A DNA stretch of 64,000 nucleotides from Fibrobacterota bacterium (GCA_043753995.1 JAYUVP010000098.1:24841-88840); one strand, 5' to 3'; positions 1 to 10,246 are shown, numbered from the stretch's first letter. Numbers and translations are program-made. Notes: generated from the sequence alone by a model not told the origin.

Positions 1-2606
1 GAATAGTGCGGAGATTCGGGAAAAAGTACCAATACGAATCCAATGCCACTGGAATCAAGGCTCTTGGCAAGATCTCTCAGACGGGTGATATTCGCTTGGA
101 CTACGGCATCGGGCAGTTCGCCACTACCATGTAGGTGGGTTTTGGGTGTACCGGAACTGAATCCTTCGCCGCCGAAAATATGGTAGCCGCCGCCGCCCAG
201 GGAATCATGCATGAGACCCACCGCCGTGGTGCGTTCATACCGCATGACTTGCTCGAATGCCGCAGGCAAGGAGTATTTCCAATAATCGTTACCTTTATCA
301 TACATATAACCCTTGGAGCCAATCCAAGGTGGGGGAGTATCGAAATCGGAAAAGAGATTGCCCAGAAGGACATCGAAGACAATGGCTTTCACCTTGGGCA
401 TATGAGGCAGTACATATTGCCGCAAGAATTGGTATTGGCTGTACATGGGGGCGCCTGGAGACGCGAGATTCACCGCACGATTCAACTTGAATTCAAGTGG
501 CAGCATGCCAAAGGCCAAGTGCGAGGTGCCTAAGCCCACGACCTGGGCATGATTCCGTTGAAGCCAAAAGGTCCGCATTTTTTCGGCAAAGACTTCCTGA
601 GCATAGTCGGCGAGAGGCTCATTGTAGCGTCCCAAACTATCGGCCCAGCGGGCCCCCTGGTCGGAATCGGCGCCGAAGGACGACCCTCTCACCCGATTTG
701 GATTGATCCACAGATGGGGATGACGCAAATTCGATCCGGTGGCAATCACTTCCCGAGTATCGCGCTCCAAGTCAATGGCGATCACGGCGGGATAACCCCC
801 ATTCAAATTCTGCCCGGTTCCGATGGCGAAGCCGGCATCATTCGACCATTCTGCGTCTTGCCAGGCCTCAAAACCTTTAGGCTTTTGATAGATGCGCTTT
901 AAGCCGCCCGTCACATCCAAGCGAAACAAAATTTCATGCAGGCCATAGGCCCGACCCACCACGGCACTCTTTTCGGCATAACCGAAATCAAGCAGAAGTA
1001 ATTCGGGCTGCGCCGAAGCCGAAGGAGATAAGGAGACATTGCAAGCCTGCGAAGTGTCATTCGCCTGTTTGCCATTGTCCGGCCCCACAAAAAGAATGTT
1101 TTCGGTTTTCGTGGCAAGATTCATGACCCGAAGTCTTTGATAGCCCGTCGCCAACCAATTTCCATTTGCAGACAAGCCATCATGATAGCCGCCCTGGGTT
1201 AGCAATACAGGTGGGGCTGCCACGGCACCCGCCGTAATTTTGACCTTAAAGGTTTGACTTGATTTCCAGCTCGCTTCAATATTTCCAGCACCATGGGTAG
1301 TGTAAATCAAATAGGTGTCCGAGGTGGCGGAATCCACCCACCACCTAGGCAGGGTTGCCCCACCCGTCACCGCGAGCTTCACAGGTGCCGGGGCAAAAGG
1401 GGTCAACCGTCTTATTTTGATTTCGCCTTCGCGGGCATCCCCTTCCTCGCGATCGCCATAGGCGACCCAATTTCCGTCCGGCGAGATAGTAGGATGGAAT
1501 ACCTTGGGGTCATCATGGAATTCCACCAGGCGATTCGATTTCGAGGCGAAGTCGGCAAAGACCAGAGTCCGCGATCGCGAAGTCACATTGACGAAAACCA
1601 ATTTGGCCTGGTCATGTCCCAGCAGCCTCTTTAATGCGTCATAGTCATGAAATGCCGGAGGGGTAACCGTCTGGTTTCCGCCGGGAAGCAAATAATGCCC
1701 CGATTGAATCGCTCCCAAGGCGCAGCGAAAACCGATATAGGGTTTCGACATGCTGCCTAAGGTTGGGTAAATCTCGGATCGAGATCCGAATCGAGCAAAG
1801 CGCAATTCGTAGGTGAAGGCCCCGCCCTTGACGCATCGCTCTTGCACCAATCCGGGATCCTCATTTCCCAGAAAATCCTGGATAGAGTCTTCGGCCAAAG
1901 GTGCTTTCCAATCATTCACCCACTCCATGACATTTCCGAACATATCATAGAGCCCAAAAGCATTTCGTCTTTTCGATTTGACGGTCTGGGCCTTGCCTTT
2001 CGCATTGACCACGGTCCATGCCCACGAGTCGGCTAAGGTGGAATCCAGCGCATCGCCCCAAGCGAAGCTTGTTTTTACTCCCGCACGGGCGGCAAGCTCC
2101 CATTCGGCCTCGGTCGGCAAGCGAAACCCGGCCTTGGTGAAATCGGTATAAAGCGATCGCAATTCGACAGCCTTGCCCACCGAATCGAAAACGGCCTGTT
2201 GATAAGTATAAACTGTATCGATTCCATCTTGTTTGCTGCGGGCATTGCAATAAAGGACAGCATCAAAGTAGGTGACATGATAAGCAGGCAAATCATCGCC
2301 TTTTCCATAGGCCGCCATGGAGGGGTCGCGGCCAAGGACCGCCTTAAATTCGGCTTGGGTGACTTCGGCGCTGTCCATCCAGAAGTCATAATGAAAGGAG
2401 GCCTTCAGTCGGGGCCTTTCTTCTTCGGCCTTGCCAAAGTTGTCCGACGATCCCATCAAGGTCGACTTGCCCGCCGCAGGAATAAAGGCCATACCCAATT
2501 TATTTTCCGGCTCAATGGGCCGAGTCGTCGGCTCCGAGCAAGAAAAAAGCCCAAACAAGGCCAGTAGCAAAGGCAAAATGCCTGAAAAAGCGCTTTCGAT
2601 TTTCAT
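1..2606 (-). CDS. TIGR02171-like Fibrobacter paralogous family lipoprotein (FGE-sulfatase/SUMF1 domain + TolB-like repeat), 3' end runs off window
   Basis: Absent from the ORF track, consistent with running off the window edge. Manual translation from ATG 2606 gives MKIESAFSGILPLLLALFGLFSC (lipobox), then STLMGSSD...YDFWMDSAEVTQAEF (SUMF1-type). Later in the gene is FHPTISPDGNWVAYG. Only parts were translated by hand. Confidence 0.75.
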   Translation of the reverse strand, partial: MKIESAFSGILPLLLALFGLFSCSEPTTRPIEPENKLGMAFIPAAGKSTLMGSSDNFGKAEEERPRLKASFHYDFWMDSAEVTQAEFKAVLGRDPSMAAYGKGDDLPAYHVTYFDAVLYCNARSKQDGIDTVYTYQQAVFDSVGKAVELRSLYTDFTKAGFRLPTEAEWELAARAGVKTSFAWGDALDSTLADSWAWTVVNAKGKAQTVKSKRRNAFGLYDMFGNVMEWVNDWKAPLAEDSIQDFLGNEDPGLVQERCVKGGAFTYELRFARFGSRSEIYPTLGSMSKPYIGFRCALGAIQSGHYLLPGGNQTVTPPAFHDYDALKRLLGHDQAKLVFVNVTSRSRTLVFADFASKSNRLVEFHDDPKVFHPTISPDGNWVAYGDREEGDAREGEIKIRRLTPFAPAPVKLAVTGGATLPRWWVDSATSDTYLIYTTHGAGNIEASWKSSQTFKVKITAGAVAAPPVLLTQGGYHDGLSANGNWLATGYQRLRVMNLATKTENILFVGPDNGKQANDTSQACNVSLSPSASAQPELLLLDFGYAEKSAVVGRAYGLHEILFRLDVTGGLKRIYQKPKGFEAWQDAEWSNDAGFAIGTGQNLNGGYPAVIAIDLERDTREVIATGSNLRHPHLWINPNRVRGSSFGADSDQGARWADSLGRYNEPLADYAQEVFAEKMRTFWLQRNHAQVVGLGTSHLAFGMLPLEFKLNRAVNLASPGAPMYSQYQFLRQYVLPHMPKVKAIVFDVLLGNLFSDFDTPPPWIGSKGYMYDKGNDYWKYSLPAAFEQVMRYERTTAVGLMHDSLGGGGYHIFGGEGFSSGTPKTHLHGSGELPDAVVQANITRLRDLAKSLDSSGIGFVLVLFPESPHY

Positions 2607-2684
2607 AATAGGTCGCGTGATTGAATAAAGTACAAAGGGCTCCGGCGCCCCAAGCATGTCTTCTCCCGATGAGAAGCGAAAAAA

Positions 2685-3908
2685 TCACTTCAGCGATCGG
2701 ATTTTCCGCGCCAGAAATCTCTTTTGCGGGCCGTCGCTAATCACCTGCTGCAGGGCGCGTTCATAGGCTTCTCGCGCTGGGTCGCGTTGGCCGGCACGCT
2801 CTAGAAAGGCGGCGCGCGCCGAGTGGGCGAGGGCGAAATCGTGTAGGGTGCCGCTGGTCATCAAGACGTCGATGCGGCGAATTCCTTCGGCAGGACCCTT
2901 GGCCATGCCTTCGGCCACAGCAGCATTGAGATCGACCACGGGCGATGGCGCGCAATCCCGCAATACCTGATAAAGCCCTGCGATTTGAGGCCAATCCGTT
3001 GCGGAAGCGGTTCCCGCTGCGGCATGTAAAGAAGCGATCGCCGCCTGAAGGCAATAAGGACCGATAAGACCGGTAGTGAAAGCCTCCTGCAGGAGTGACT
3101 GTCCGCGCGCGATGGCAATGCGATCCCAAAGGCTTCGATCTTGGTCTTCCAAAAGAACAAGCTCCCCCTCGGAGCTCAACCGGGTCGCGCGTCGCGAATC
3201 CTGCAAAAGCATTAGGGCCAGGAGGCCTTTGACTTCTTCGTCGGGAGCCAGTTCGAGTAGCAATTCACCCAGGCGTATGGCCTCGCGCGTGAGATCCGTC
3301 CGCAGCAAATCGGCCCCGTCACTTCCGTGATACCCCTCGTTGAAGAGTAGGTAGACCGCGTGCAAGACCGTTTCCAGCCGTGCGGCGAGATCGGGACCTT
3401 CGGGAACCGCGTAGGGGATTTTCGCATCGCGAATTTTGGCCTTAGCGCGAACGATACGCTGCGCCACCGTGGCCGGGGGACACAGAAAGGCGGCAGCAAT
3501 GGCTTCGGTGGTCAGCCCGCATACTTCTCGCAAGGTGAGGGCTAAGCGCGCTTCCAGCGAAAGCGCAGGATGGCAACAAGTAAAGATGAGGCGTAGCGGA
3601 TCATCCGGCAGCTCTTCGATCGGAATCCTGCCGTCCTCCGGGGCACGGAGTAAATTCTCATAACCCTCGGGCAAAGGACTTTGCCGTGCGCGCCGCCGCA
3701 GCTTGTCGATGGCGCGAAAACGGCCGGCCGACACCAACCAAGTGCGAGGGTTTTCCGGTAATCCCTTTTCAGGCCAGGTGGCTAAGGCTTCGGCGAAAGC
3801 ATCTTGCACGGCCTCTTCCGCCAAATCCCAATCCCCTAAAAGGCGCACCAAGGTCGCCAAAATGCGACGCGAATCACGTCGATAAATTTCCTCAACGACC
3901 TCACGCAT
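2685..3908 (-). CDS. ECF RNA polymerase sigma factor with C-terminal TPR-like extension (ECF42/COG4941 type)
   Basis: Sigma2 LAEEAVQDAF..WP..G.P.NPRTWL, sigma4 LRLIFTCCHPAL...AQRIVRAK, YLLFNEGY and GPYCLQAAIA motifs. Lies downstream of a DGPF gene. Confidence 0.9.
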   Translation of the reverse strand: MREVVEEIYRRDSRRILATLVRLLGDWDLAEEAVQDAFAEALATWPEKGLPENPRTWLVSAGRFRAIDKLRRRARQSPLPEGYENLLRAPEDGRIPIEELPDDPLRLIFTCCHPALSLEARLALTLREVCGLTTEAIAAAFLCPPATVAQRIVRAKAKIRDAKIPYAVPEGPDLAARLETVLHAVYLLFNEGYHGSDGADLLRTDLTREAIRLGELLLELAPDEEVKGLLALMLLQDSRRATRLSSEGELVLLEDQDRSLWDRIAIARGQSLLQEAFTTGLIGPYCLQAAIASLHAAAGTASATDWPQIAGLYQVLRDCAPSPVVDLNAAVAEGMAKGPAEGIRRIDVLMTSGTLHDFALAHSARAAFLERAGQRDPAREAYERALQQVISDGPQKRFLARKIRSLK

Positions 3909-3957
3909 GCCCTTTAGTCCCAGCCTTTGAATCCCTATCCTTCACGCCCCCTGTTCC

Positions 3958-4320
3958 TCAAGCGGGAGGATTAGCAAAGACCACCACCGGCCTCACCTCA
4001 ACGCAGCCTGTGCGGGCACCGGGGATGCGTCCGGCGATTTGTATGGCCTCATTAAGGTCCTTGGCATCAATGAGATAAAAGCCGCCCAACTGTTCCTTGG
4101 TTTCGGCAAAAGGCCCATCGGTGGTGGCTAACTTGCCGGAGCGAACACGCACCGTGGTGGCGGTCGTAGTGGGTTGCAAGGCTTCGCCCGCCAAGTATTG
4201 ACCGCTTTTCTTGATGTCCGTGGTGAAAGCGAAATAATCTTCCATCATCACGCGGTTTTCGCCTTCTTTGCGCACCGCCATATCCGTTTCACTGCCATAA
4301 ATCATGCATAGGTATTTCAT
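3958..4320 (-). CDS. YciI/DGPF family protein
   Basis: TDGPFAETKEQLGGFYLI and VEVRP motifs. ATG 4320 follows a GGAG SD. Confidence 0.9.
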   Translation of the reverse strand: MKYLCMIYGSETDMAVRKEGENRVMMEDYFAFTTDIKKSGQYLAGEALQPTTTATTVRVRSGKLATTDGPFAETKEQLGGFYLIDAKDLNEAIQIAGRIPGARTGCVEVRPVVVFANPPA

Positions 4321-4537
4321 GTTTTTCTCCAATTCGGGAGTCCCGCAGATTCGCGATCTTCCGTCCTATAGTCGAATGACGGCCCCCTCTTTTCGACAGC
4401 CCCAAAATAAAACTTCGGGGGGCTCAGGCTCTCGATCCGGGCAATTCTTTATTATTGTCAGAGTGAACGCGACCGAATAACCTGAAATCCTCTTCCACAC
4501 CCATTTGGGCCATCGCCCGCCCTTTCGAGCCATTCGC

Positions 4538-5905
4538 ATGAGCAATTCCATTTCCGCAAGACCACCGAGTCTCACTAGCATCGCTTTGCCGATTTTTGGG
4601 GAATTCGGTTTGCATTTGCTTGTGAACATGACATCGACCCTGTTGATCAGCCGTCAATCGGAGTCCGCCGCCGCAGCCATCAATACGGTTTTCTTTCTGC
4701 TGTTTTTCTGCTACATGCTGCTGCGCTTCGTCACCATGGGCGCGAGCGTGGTGGCCACGCAATACCTGGGCGCGGGGGATAGCAAGAATGCGCGCGCGGT
4801 AGCGGCAGATGCCTTCAATGGTTCTTTATGGTTAGGCGGCTTACTGGCGTTGATCTTAAGCCTGGGCGCGGGTCCGATTCTCAATGCCTGGAGTTTTCCA
4901 GCGGACCTTTTGCCCTATGCCAAGCCTTACCTGCACGTGCTGGGCATCCTATTGGTTTTCGAAGCGCCGAATCAATGTCTCATCGCTTTGATGCGATCCT
5001 TTGGTCGCGCCCGGTCCAGCTTTCAAATGAACCTCGTCTCTTATGCCGTTTCGGTGAGTGGGCTGGTGATTGTCCTGTATGCATGGGATGCGCCCATTCT
5101 CACCAAAATGCCGGTCCTGGCGGGAACGGCATTATTGGGCCGCGTTTTCTTTTTGGCGGGGATGTGGTGGTTGCAAAAATCCGTGATCGACTTGCCATGG
5201 CGCGGAAATTTCTTTTGGAAAATCCAATGGCAGCGCATCAAACCCGTATTGGCCATCGGCGGGCCGGCGGCGGCGGAAAATGTTTCGTATCAGGCCAGTT
5301 TCATGCTGATTATGAAGTTTATCGGCCTCTTGGGCGCCAAGGCCATCGTAGCGCAAAGTTTCGTTCGTATCGTCATGAATTTCATTCTAACGTCGGGCAT
5401 GGCCCTGGGGTTGGCCACCGAAGTGGTGATTGGTTATCAAGTCGGTGCGGGGGATTTGGAGGGGGCCGAACGTCAATTACGACGCAGCCTGTATTACGGC
5501 TGGCTTTTTGCAGCGGGCTTGGCCATCTCCGCAGCCATATTTGCGGAACCCATTTTACGCATTTTCACGCAAGACCCCGATACCTTGGCCCTGGGTATTC
5601 CGATTTTGCGGCTATGCGTCTTGGTCGAAACCGGTCGCACGTTCAACCTCATCGTTATCAATGCGCTACGGGCAGCGGGAGACGTCCGCTTCGCGGTTTA
5701 CTTCGGGGCTTTTTCGATGTGGGGGATTGCGGTACCGTTGGCCTGGGCTTTAGGGCTTCATAGTCCGCTGGCCCTGATGGGTGTGTGGCTGGCCTATGCA
5801 GCAGACGAATGGGTTCGGGGCCTGGCGAATTGGTGGCGTTGGCGCCAAGGCCATTGGCGCCGCTTCGCTACCGCCATTAAGAATCGCATGGATGGCGAGC
5901 GGTAG
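4538..5905 (+). CDS. MATE family efflux transporter
   Basis: About 12 hydrophobic segments, SVVATQYLGAGD, VIGYQVGAGD, ETGRTFNLIVINALRAAGD and ADEWVRG. Start set at the first ATG. Confidence 0.9.
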   Translation: MSNSISARPPSLTSIALPIFGEFGLHLLVNMTSTLLISRQSESAAAAINTVFFLLFFCYMLLRFVTMGASVVATQYLGAGDSKNARAVAADAFNGSLWLGGLLALILSLGAGPILNAWSFPADLLPYAKPYLHVLGILLVFEAPNQCLIALMRSFGRARSSFQMNLVSYAVSVSGLVIVLYAWDAPILTKMPVLAGTALLGRVFFLAGMWWLQKSVIDLPWRGNFFWKIQWQRIKPVLAIGGPAAAENVSYQASFMLIMKFIGLLGAKAIVAQSFVRIVMNFILTSGMALGLATEVVIGYQVGAGDLEGAERQLRRSLYYGWLFAAGLAISAAIFAEPILRIFTQDPDTLALGIPILRLCVLVETGRTFNLIVINALRAAGDVRFAVYFGAFSMWGIAVPLAWALGLHSPLALMGVWLAYAADEWVRGLANWWRWRQGHWRRFATAIKNRMDGER

Positions 5906-5947
5906 AGGAAAGCGATAAAACCCGCAAAATGTCCAGAAGGGACCGCA

Positions 5948-6754
5948 ATGGATAAAACCGAATTCAAGATTCCAAAAATGGATTGCTCGGCCGAGGAGCA
6001 GTTGATTCGCATGAAGCTGGATTCCTTGAACGGCATTCAAAGGCTACTATTCGATTTACCAGCGAGAAAACTTGAAGTCTTTCATATCGGCAAAGCCCAA
6101 GAAATTCTAAGCCAACTGGAGAGGCTAAATCTGGGAGCCACCCAGCTAGCTCATGTGGAAAATGTTTCCACTGAAGGCGAGGCTGTAGCGGAGGTGGAGG
6201 ACAAGAAAGAGAAAGCCCCGCTGATAGCGGCATTCTCCATCAATGCCATTCTTTTTGTGGCAGAATTCATCGTAGGAATACTGGCCTATTCCCTCGGACT
6301 GATTGCCGACTCCTTGGACATGTTGGCGGATGCCGTAGTTTATGCCATGGCCTTGGTCGCCGTGGGTGGTCCCGCCTTGAAAAAGAAAAACATTGCCCTT
6401 CTGACAGGATACTTCCAGGGATTCCTCGCTTGCGCGGGACTTGCCGAAGTCCTCCGGCGCGGAATCGCGGGGGAAGGCATTCCGGATTTCCGAGCCATGA
6501 TCCTACTGTCCTGCATTGCCTTGATTGGGAATGGGACGACCTTGCTCATCCTGAATTCGACTAAAAAAGCGGGCGTCCACATGAAAGCCGCCTGGATTTG
6601 CACCTCGGTGGACGTGCAAGTGAATGCCTTGGTCATCCTTTCGGGAGCCATCGTTTTTTATACAGGGTCACGATATCCTGACCTAATGTCGGGGGCCATC
6701 ATTTTTCTTCTCGTGGGGAATGGAGCTAGAAGAATCCTGGCTCTTGCGCGGTAG
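5948..6754 (+). CDS. Cation diffusion facilitator (CzcD-like) with N-terminal HMA-like domain
   Basis: KMDCSAEEQLIRMKL HMA-like start, SLGLIADSLDMLADA, HMKAAWICTSVDV. Confidence 0.85.
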   Translation: MDKTEFKIPKMDCSAEEQLIRMKLDSLNGIQRLLFDLPARKLEVFHIGKAQEILSQLERLNLGATQLAHVENVSTEGEAVAEVEDKKEKAPLIAAFSINAILFVAEFIVGILAYSLGLIADSLDMLADAVVYAMALVAVGGPALKKKNIALLTGYFQGFLACAGLAEVLRRGIAGEGIPDFRAMILLSCIALIGNGTTLLILNSTKKAGVHMKAAWICTSVDVQVNALVILSGAIVFYTGSRYPDLMSGAIIFLLVGNGARRILALAR

Positions 6755-6769
6755 ATATCGGTGAATTGC

Positions 6770-7303
6770 CTATTTCCGCTCCGCCGCCAAAACCCTGGGG
6801 AACAATTCCTCATCTTCTTTGGCGATATGCTCCTCTAATTCCTGATCCAGCTTCGACAAGCCCTCGAGCATGGCCCGGTAGGTGCCGCAAGCCCATGCCG
6901 GGACCGAATAACCCTCCGTCAATTCCCGCAGGCGAGCCATGGCCGCTTTGGTTTCCCTATGTTCCAATTGCATTTGGCGAATGGGATTTGCCAACGATCC
7001 ACAATGGAATTTTGGTTTTGTTTCCGCTGCGTCAAGCGATCGGATCATCGGAAACAGTATGCTCTCTTCTTTCATCATGTGTCGCAACATCTCTTGCGTC
7101 AAGGCGACCACAATATCCAGGATTTCACCTAACCTGCTATCCTTGCTTCCATGCACAATGGAAACCTTTTCCACCAAGGCCATGATGCGCGGAAGTTCAG
7201 CATTGAGGAAAGCGTGGTGGGTGCATTCAATTTGGCCAGCTAGATCCGACAAGGACAGTTCGATGGGTTCCGCGCCTTCGATCCGTTTTGTTTCCGTTTG
7301 CAT
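6770..7303 (-). CDS. Hemerythrin-domain iron-sulfur cluster repair (RIC/YtfE-like) protein lacking the N-terminal ScdA domain
   Basis: THHAFL, KVSIVHG, HMMKEESILFP, PIRQMQLEH, PAWACGTY and HIAKEDEELFP motifs. Confidence 0.8.
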   Translation of the reverse strand: MQTETKRIEGAEPIELSLSDLAGQIECTHHAFLNAELPRIMALVEKVSIVHGSKDSRLGEILDIVVALTQEMLRHMMKEESILFPMIRSLDAAETKPKFHCGSLANPIRQMQLEHRETKAAMARLRELTEGYSVPAWACGTYRAMLEGLSKLDQELEEHIAKEDEELFPRVLAAERK

Positions 7304-7537
7304 TTCGACCGCCTCTTTTTGAATATCTGAAAGGTCGCGAGATGCATGCCATCCAACTTCCGGTCGAAATTCAGAGAGAATGGAGCTTCATGCCTGCTTT
7401 CGCCAAAATAACTGCCGCTTTGGCAAGGCTAAGGTAAAGATGGCGCGAAACCGTGCATGCACGGTCACCAGGAACCGACCTAATTTTCAAGCGATTTGTC
7501 TGAAGGGAATGCCAGCCCATCGGGCTGGCGAGGGAAA

Positions 7538-8077
7538 TTAAGCCTGCGTATTCACCATCTTAAAGCGCACGCGGTAGTGGCCACCTTCGCCATAGAAGTT
7601 TAATAGTGGCAGATCCCCTTCCGAGGTGTTGATGGACAGATGGCGGGCTTGTATGAACTCGTCATTGGCAAGCATACCCTTGATCGTGGCCGAGAAGTGA
7701 GTGACCATGAGGCTCGCTCGCTGTGCCGTGGTCAAGTTCCAATCTTTATAGGATTCCCAGTAAATCTTCATTATGGACTTGAGTAGTATCGACACATTAT
7801 CACTGAAGTCTGGGTCGAAATCTTCTTCCACTAGGGCGACTACCACCACGGTATTGCTATCCACATGGTTGTGCGCCCACAAATTCGGAGTAAATAGCTT
7901 GCCATCATGAGCATTGTTATCCCATTCGGACAAACGCAGTCTCACGACATCGGTGAAATTTTCTTGGCTTCGGTTGCCTATAAAAACCAGGAAGTAGGGG
8001 CTGTCATCATAGCTTTCATCGGTGTCAGTGACACAGCGGAATTCCTTCAGATACAATAGACTCGGATAAAAGGCCAT
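7538..8077 (-). CDS. Hypothetical protein
   Basis: 179-aa ORF with a GGAG SD upstream and a GC hairpin (gccagccc/gggctggc) downstream. No family recognised. Confidence 0.6.
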   Translation of the reverse strand: MAFYPSLLYLKEFRCVTDTDESYDDSPYFLVFIGNRSQENFTDVVRLRLSEWDNNAHDGKLFTPNLWAHNHVDSNTVVVVALVEEDFDPDFSDNVSILLKSIMKIYWESYKDWNLTTAQRASLMVTHFSATIKGMLANDEFIQARHLSINTSEGDLPLLNFYGEGGHYRVRFKMVNTQA

Positions 8078-8169
8078 ATCATCTCCAATTGAGTAGGCGA
8101 GTTTTGACTGCCCTGATGCATCATCGCAGCAGTCTCAATTGGATAGCCGAGTGGAGAAAACGGTAACGT

Positions 8170-8460
8170 CTAGTTGTGGAGGCTAACCAGTCCCAGTAGC
8201 GATAAAATCCCAATGGGCAAAAGGAGAATCCATTGGGGCAAAATAAGAAGCTTTTTATTCCCGCTTTCCCTCAATGTGAGGACAAGAAACACAATGAAAC
8301 TGTAACCATATGCCAGCAAGCATGCATTACACCCTTAGGAACGGGATTCATATCTGATTTTATGAGTGGCCTTACTATTTCAACTTGGCCGCCTATATTA
8401 TGAAGGAGTGCGGTCCCAAAGCAAACCATTGCCGAGAGTAGCCAGTAATCTTCCCAATCC
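8170..8460 (-). pseudogene. Decayed small membrane protein gene (internal deletion/frameshift)
   Basis: YWLLSAMVCFGTALLHNIGGQ...HACWHMVT ends in a stop. A different frame then gives KKLLILPQWILLLPIGILSLLG*. No clear start codon. Confidence 0.4.
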
Positions 8461-8527
8461 CGAAGGGCCACGCCCACACCCAAAAACCACAACCCCATTC
8501 TCTCGTCCCACCCCCTATACTTTTTCC

Positions 8528-9559
8528 ATGCGAAAAACATTTGGTTTAGGTCTAACCCTGTTTGTAATCGGATTCATGGCCTGCGAGAAAAACTCCGGAA
8601 GCGGGAACCCCGTCACCACGGACGATCGTAATGGAAAGGAGAATCCCATTACCCCGACCACGGGCATCAAGGGGCATTTCTACTACACCTATGACGACGA
8701 GGTTTTCCGGATTGAGGCATCCTCCGGCGCCGTAGCGCAGAATATCTCCGAGGCCTTGGCCAAGCTGAGCGAGGGAAGTCGCGATAGGCGCATTAATGCT
8801 AGCACCGACGGTACGCATATGACAATTTCGACCGATCGCTTCGGGTGCGAAGCGGAATGCTTAGCCCTGATTCCGAAATCCCTTGCCAGCGGTGAACTCG
8901 TGAAGCCGGGAGGCGAGGATGCGTATACCGAAGGAATCGCAGCGGTGTCTAACAATGGCGAGCTTATCATCTACCCCGCCCAAGGTGGACCCCACCGAGT
9001 AGACCTCTTCGCCACGCGCAAGCAAGGATCGGGATGGAGCGCGCCTATCCTTCTCACTTCGGCCTCCAATTATTCATACAATAACATGCCTTCCCTCTCC
9101 CTCGATGGCTCGCGAATCGCATTCGATTGCGGCGCCGAACCTTACCCCGAGGCTGGCTCCAACGATGCTTGCGAAGTGAAGGCAGATGGAACCGGGTTCC
9201 GAAAAATCGTCAGCCCCAGCGCGCTTTCAAACCCTCGCAATTCCTATGTGCAGAATCCGCATGAAGGCGTGGATGGCTTGCTCTTCGAATCGAGCTGGCC
9301 CATCGGCGACGATCACCCCGAGACCATTTGGCTGCTTCCCGCCACCGGCGGATCACCCAAGCCAATCGGAACGGCCTTTCCCAATGCCGTCTCTCCTTGC
9401 GCCCTCTCAGACGGACGTTTCGGAATGCTCTGGCTGGGACGTAGCGGCAATGCTACGGGTGCCCATGAACTCGTAGTGGCAGAGAGAGACGGTTCCAGCG
9501 CCATCACGCTCACTCCCAATCTCGACGTGAACGATATCGGAATCGGCTGCAGCGACTAA
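8528..9559 (+). CDS. Lipoprotein with TolB/PD40-like beta-propeller
   Basis: MRKTFGLGLTLFVIGFMAC lipobox. Repeats NASTDGTHMTIST, AVSNNGELIIY and PSLSLDGSRIAFD. Confidence 0.7.
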   Translation: MRKTFGLGLTLFVIGFMACEKNSGSGNPVTTDDRNGKENPITPTTGIKGHFYYTYDDEVFRIEASSGAVAQNISEALAKLSEGSRDRRINASTDGTHMTISTDRFGCEAECLALIPKSLASGELVKPGGEDAYTEGIAAVSNNGELIIYPAQGGPHRVDLFATRKQGSGWSAPILLTSASNYSYNNMPSLSLDGSRIAFDCGAEPYPEAGSNDACEVKADGTGFRKIVSPSALSNPRNSYVQNPHEGVDGLLFESSWPIGDDHPETIWLLPATGGSPKPIGTAFPNAVSPCALSDGRFGMLWLGRSGNATGAHELVVAERDGSSAITLTPNLDVNDIGIGCSD

Positions 9560-9640
9560 ATAAAGTCCGCCCTTCCGAACGATTTATCGGGTTATCCGAA
9601 ACCCCTTCACATGCCGCCTTTCCCCGGCCTTTCTTTAAAA

Positions 9641-9654
9641 TGAATAATCATTCA
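9641..9654. promoter_or_regulatory. Candidate TetR operator (TGAAT-aatc-ATTCA)
   Basis: Perfect 5-bp inverted repeat 13 nt upstream of the TetR ATG, next to a TATATT -10-like hexamer. Confidence 0.55.
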
Positions 9655-9667
9655 CTATATTTTCGGC

Positions 9668-10246
9668 ATGTCTCCTCGTACCGAACAACAAAACCAAGCG
9701 TTGCGTGACAAGACCCGCGCGCGCATCATGGCCGCAGGATTGAAACTTTTCAGCCGCAAAGGCTATGGCGAAACCTCGGTGCAAAGCCTGGCCCGTGAGG
9801 CCAAGGTCGCCCAAGGCCATCTGTACCGGCACTTTTCAAGTAAGTCTGAATTGCTGCGCGCCTTGATGCAGCAAAGCATGGATGATGTGCGCCAATCCTT
9901 TGCGGCAGCCAAGGGCGAAGGCCGTGGCGATCCTCTGCGACGCTTGGTGGAAGAAGCCGTGAGGCTTTTGCAGCAGCATCTCGAAGCCTGGCAATTGGCC
10001 TATGCCATTCGCATGCAAAGCGCCGTGCTCAAGACCCTGGCGCGCGACTTCAATGAGATGCGGGAAGAAATCGCTTCCTTTTTAATCACCCTTTTTAAAA
10101 GGCGGGGTTCTCGTCAACCTGAAGTGGACGCCGCCTTGTTTTTCGCCCAACTCGATGGCCTGTGTCAACACTATGCCATGAACCCGAAGCATTACCCGCT
10201 GGCCGAGCTTGCCGAGGCCTGGATGGCCAAGGAGGAAATAAAATGA
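9668..10246 (+). CDS. TetR/AcrR family transcriptional regulator
   Basis: N-terminal HTH AGLKLFSRKGYGETSVQSLAREAKVAQGHLYRHFSSK. Confidence 0.92.
   Translation: MSPRTEQQNQALRDKTRARIMAAGLKLFSRKGYGETSVQSLAREAKVAQGHLYRHFSSKSELLRALMQQSMDDVRQSFAAAKGEGRGDPLRRLVEEAVRLLQQHLEAWQLAYAIRMQSAVLKTLARDFNEMREEIASFLITLFKRRGSRQPEVDAALFFAQLDGLCQHYAMNPKHYPLAELAEAWMAKEEIK

Noticed and set aside
101-2628. Many short ORFs in the track
   Set aside because: They are shadow frames of the single long minus-strand lipoprotein gene.
2685-4320. Sigma factor + DGPF gene pair as a new system
   Set aside because: This is the known ECF42-type arrangement.
4828-5763. 311-aa alternate-frame ORF inside the MATE gene
   Set aside because: Arg/Gly-rich shadow translation with no recognisable motifs.
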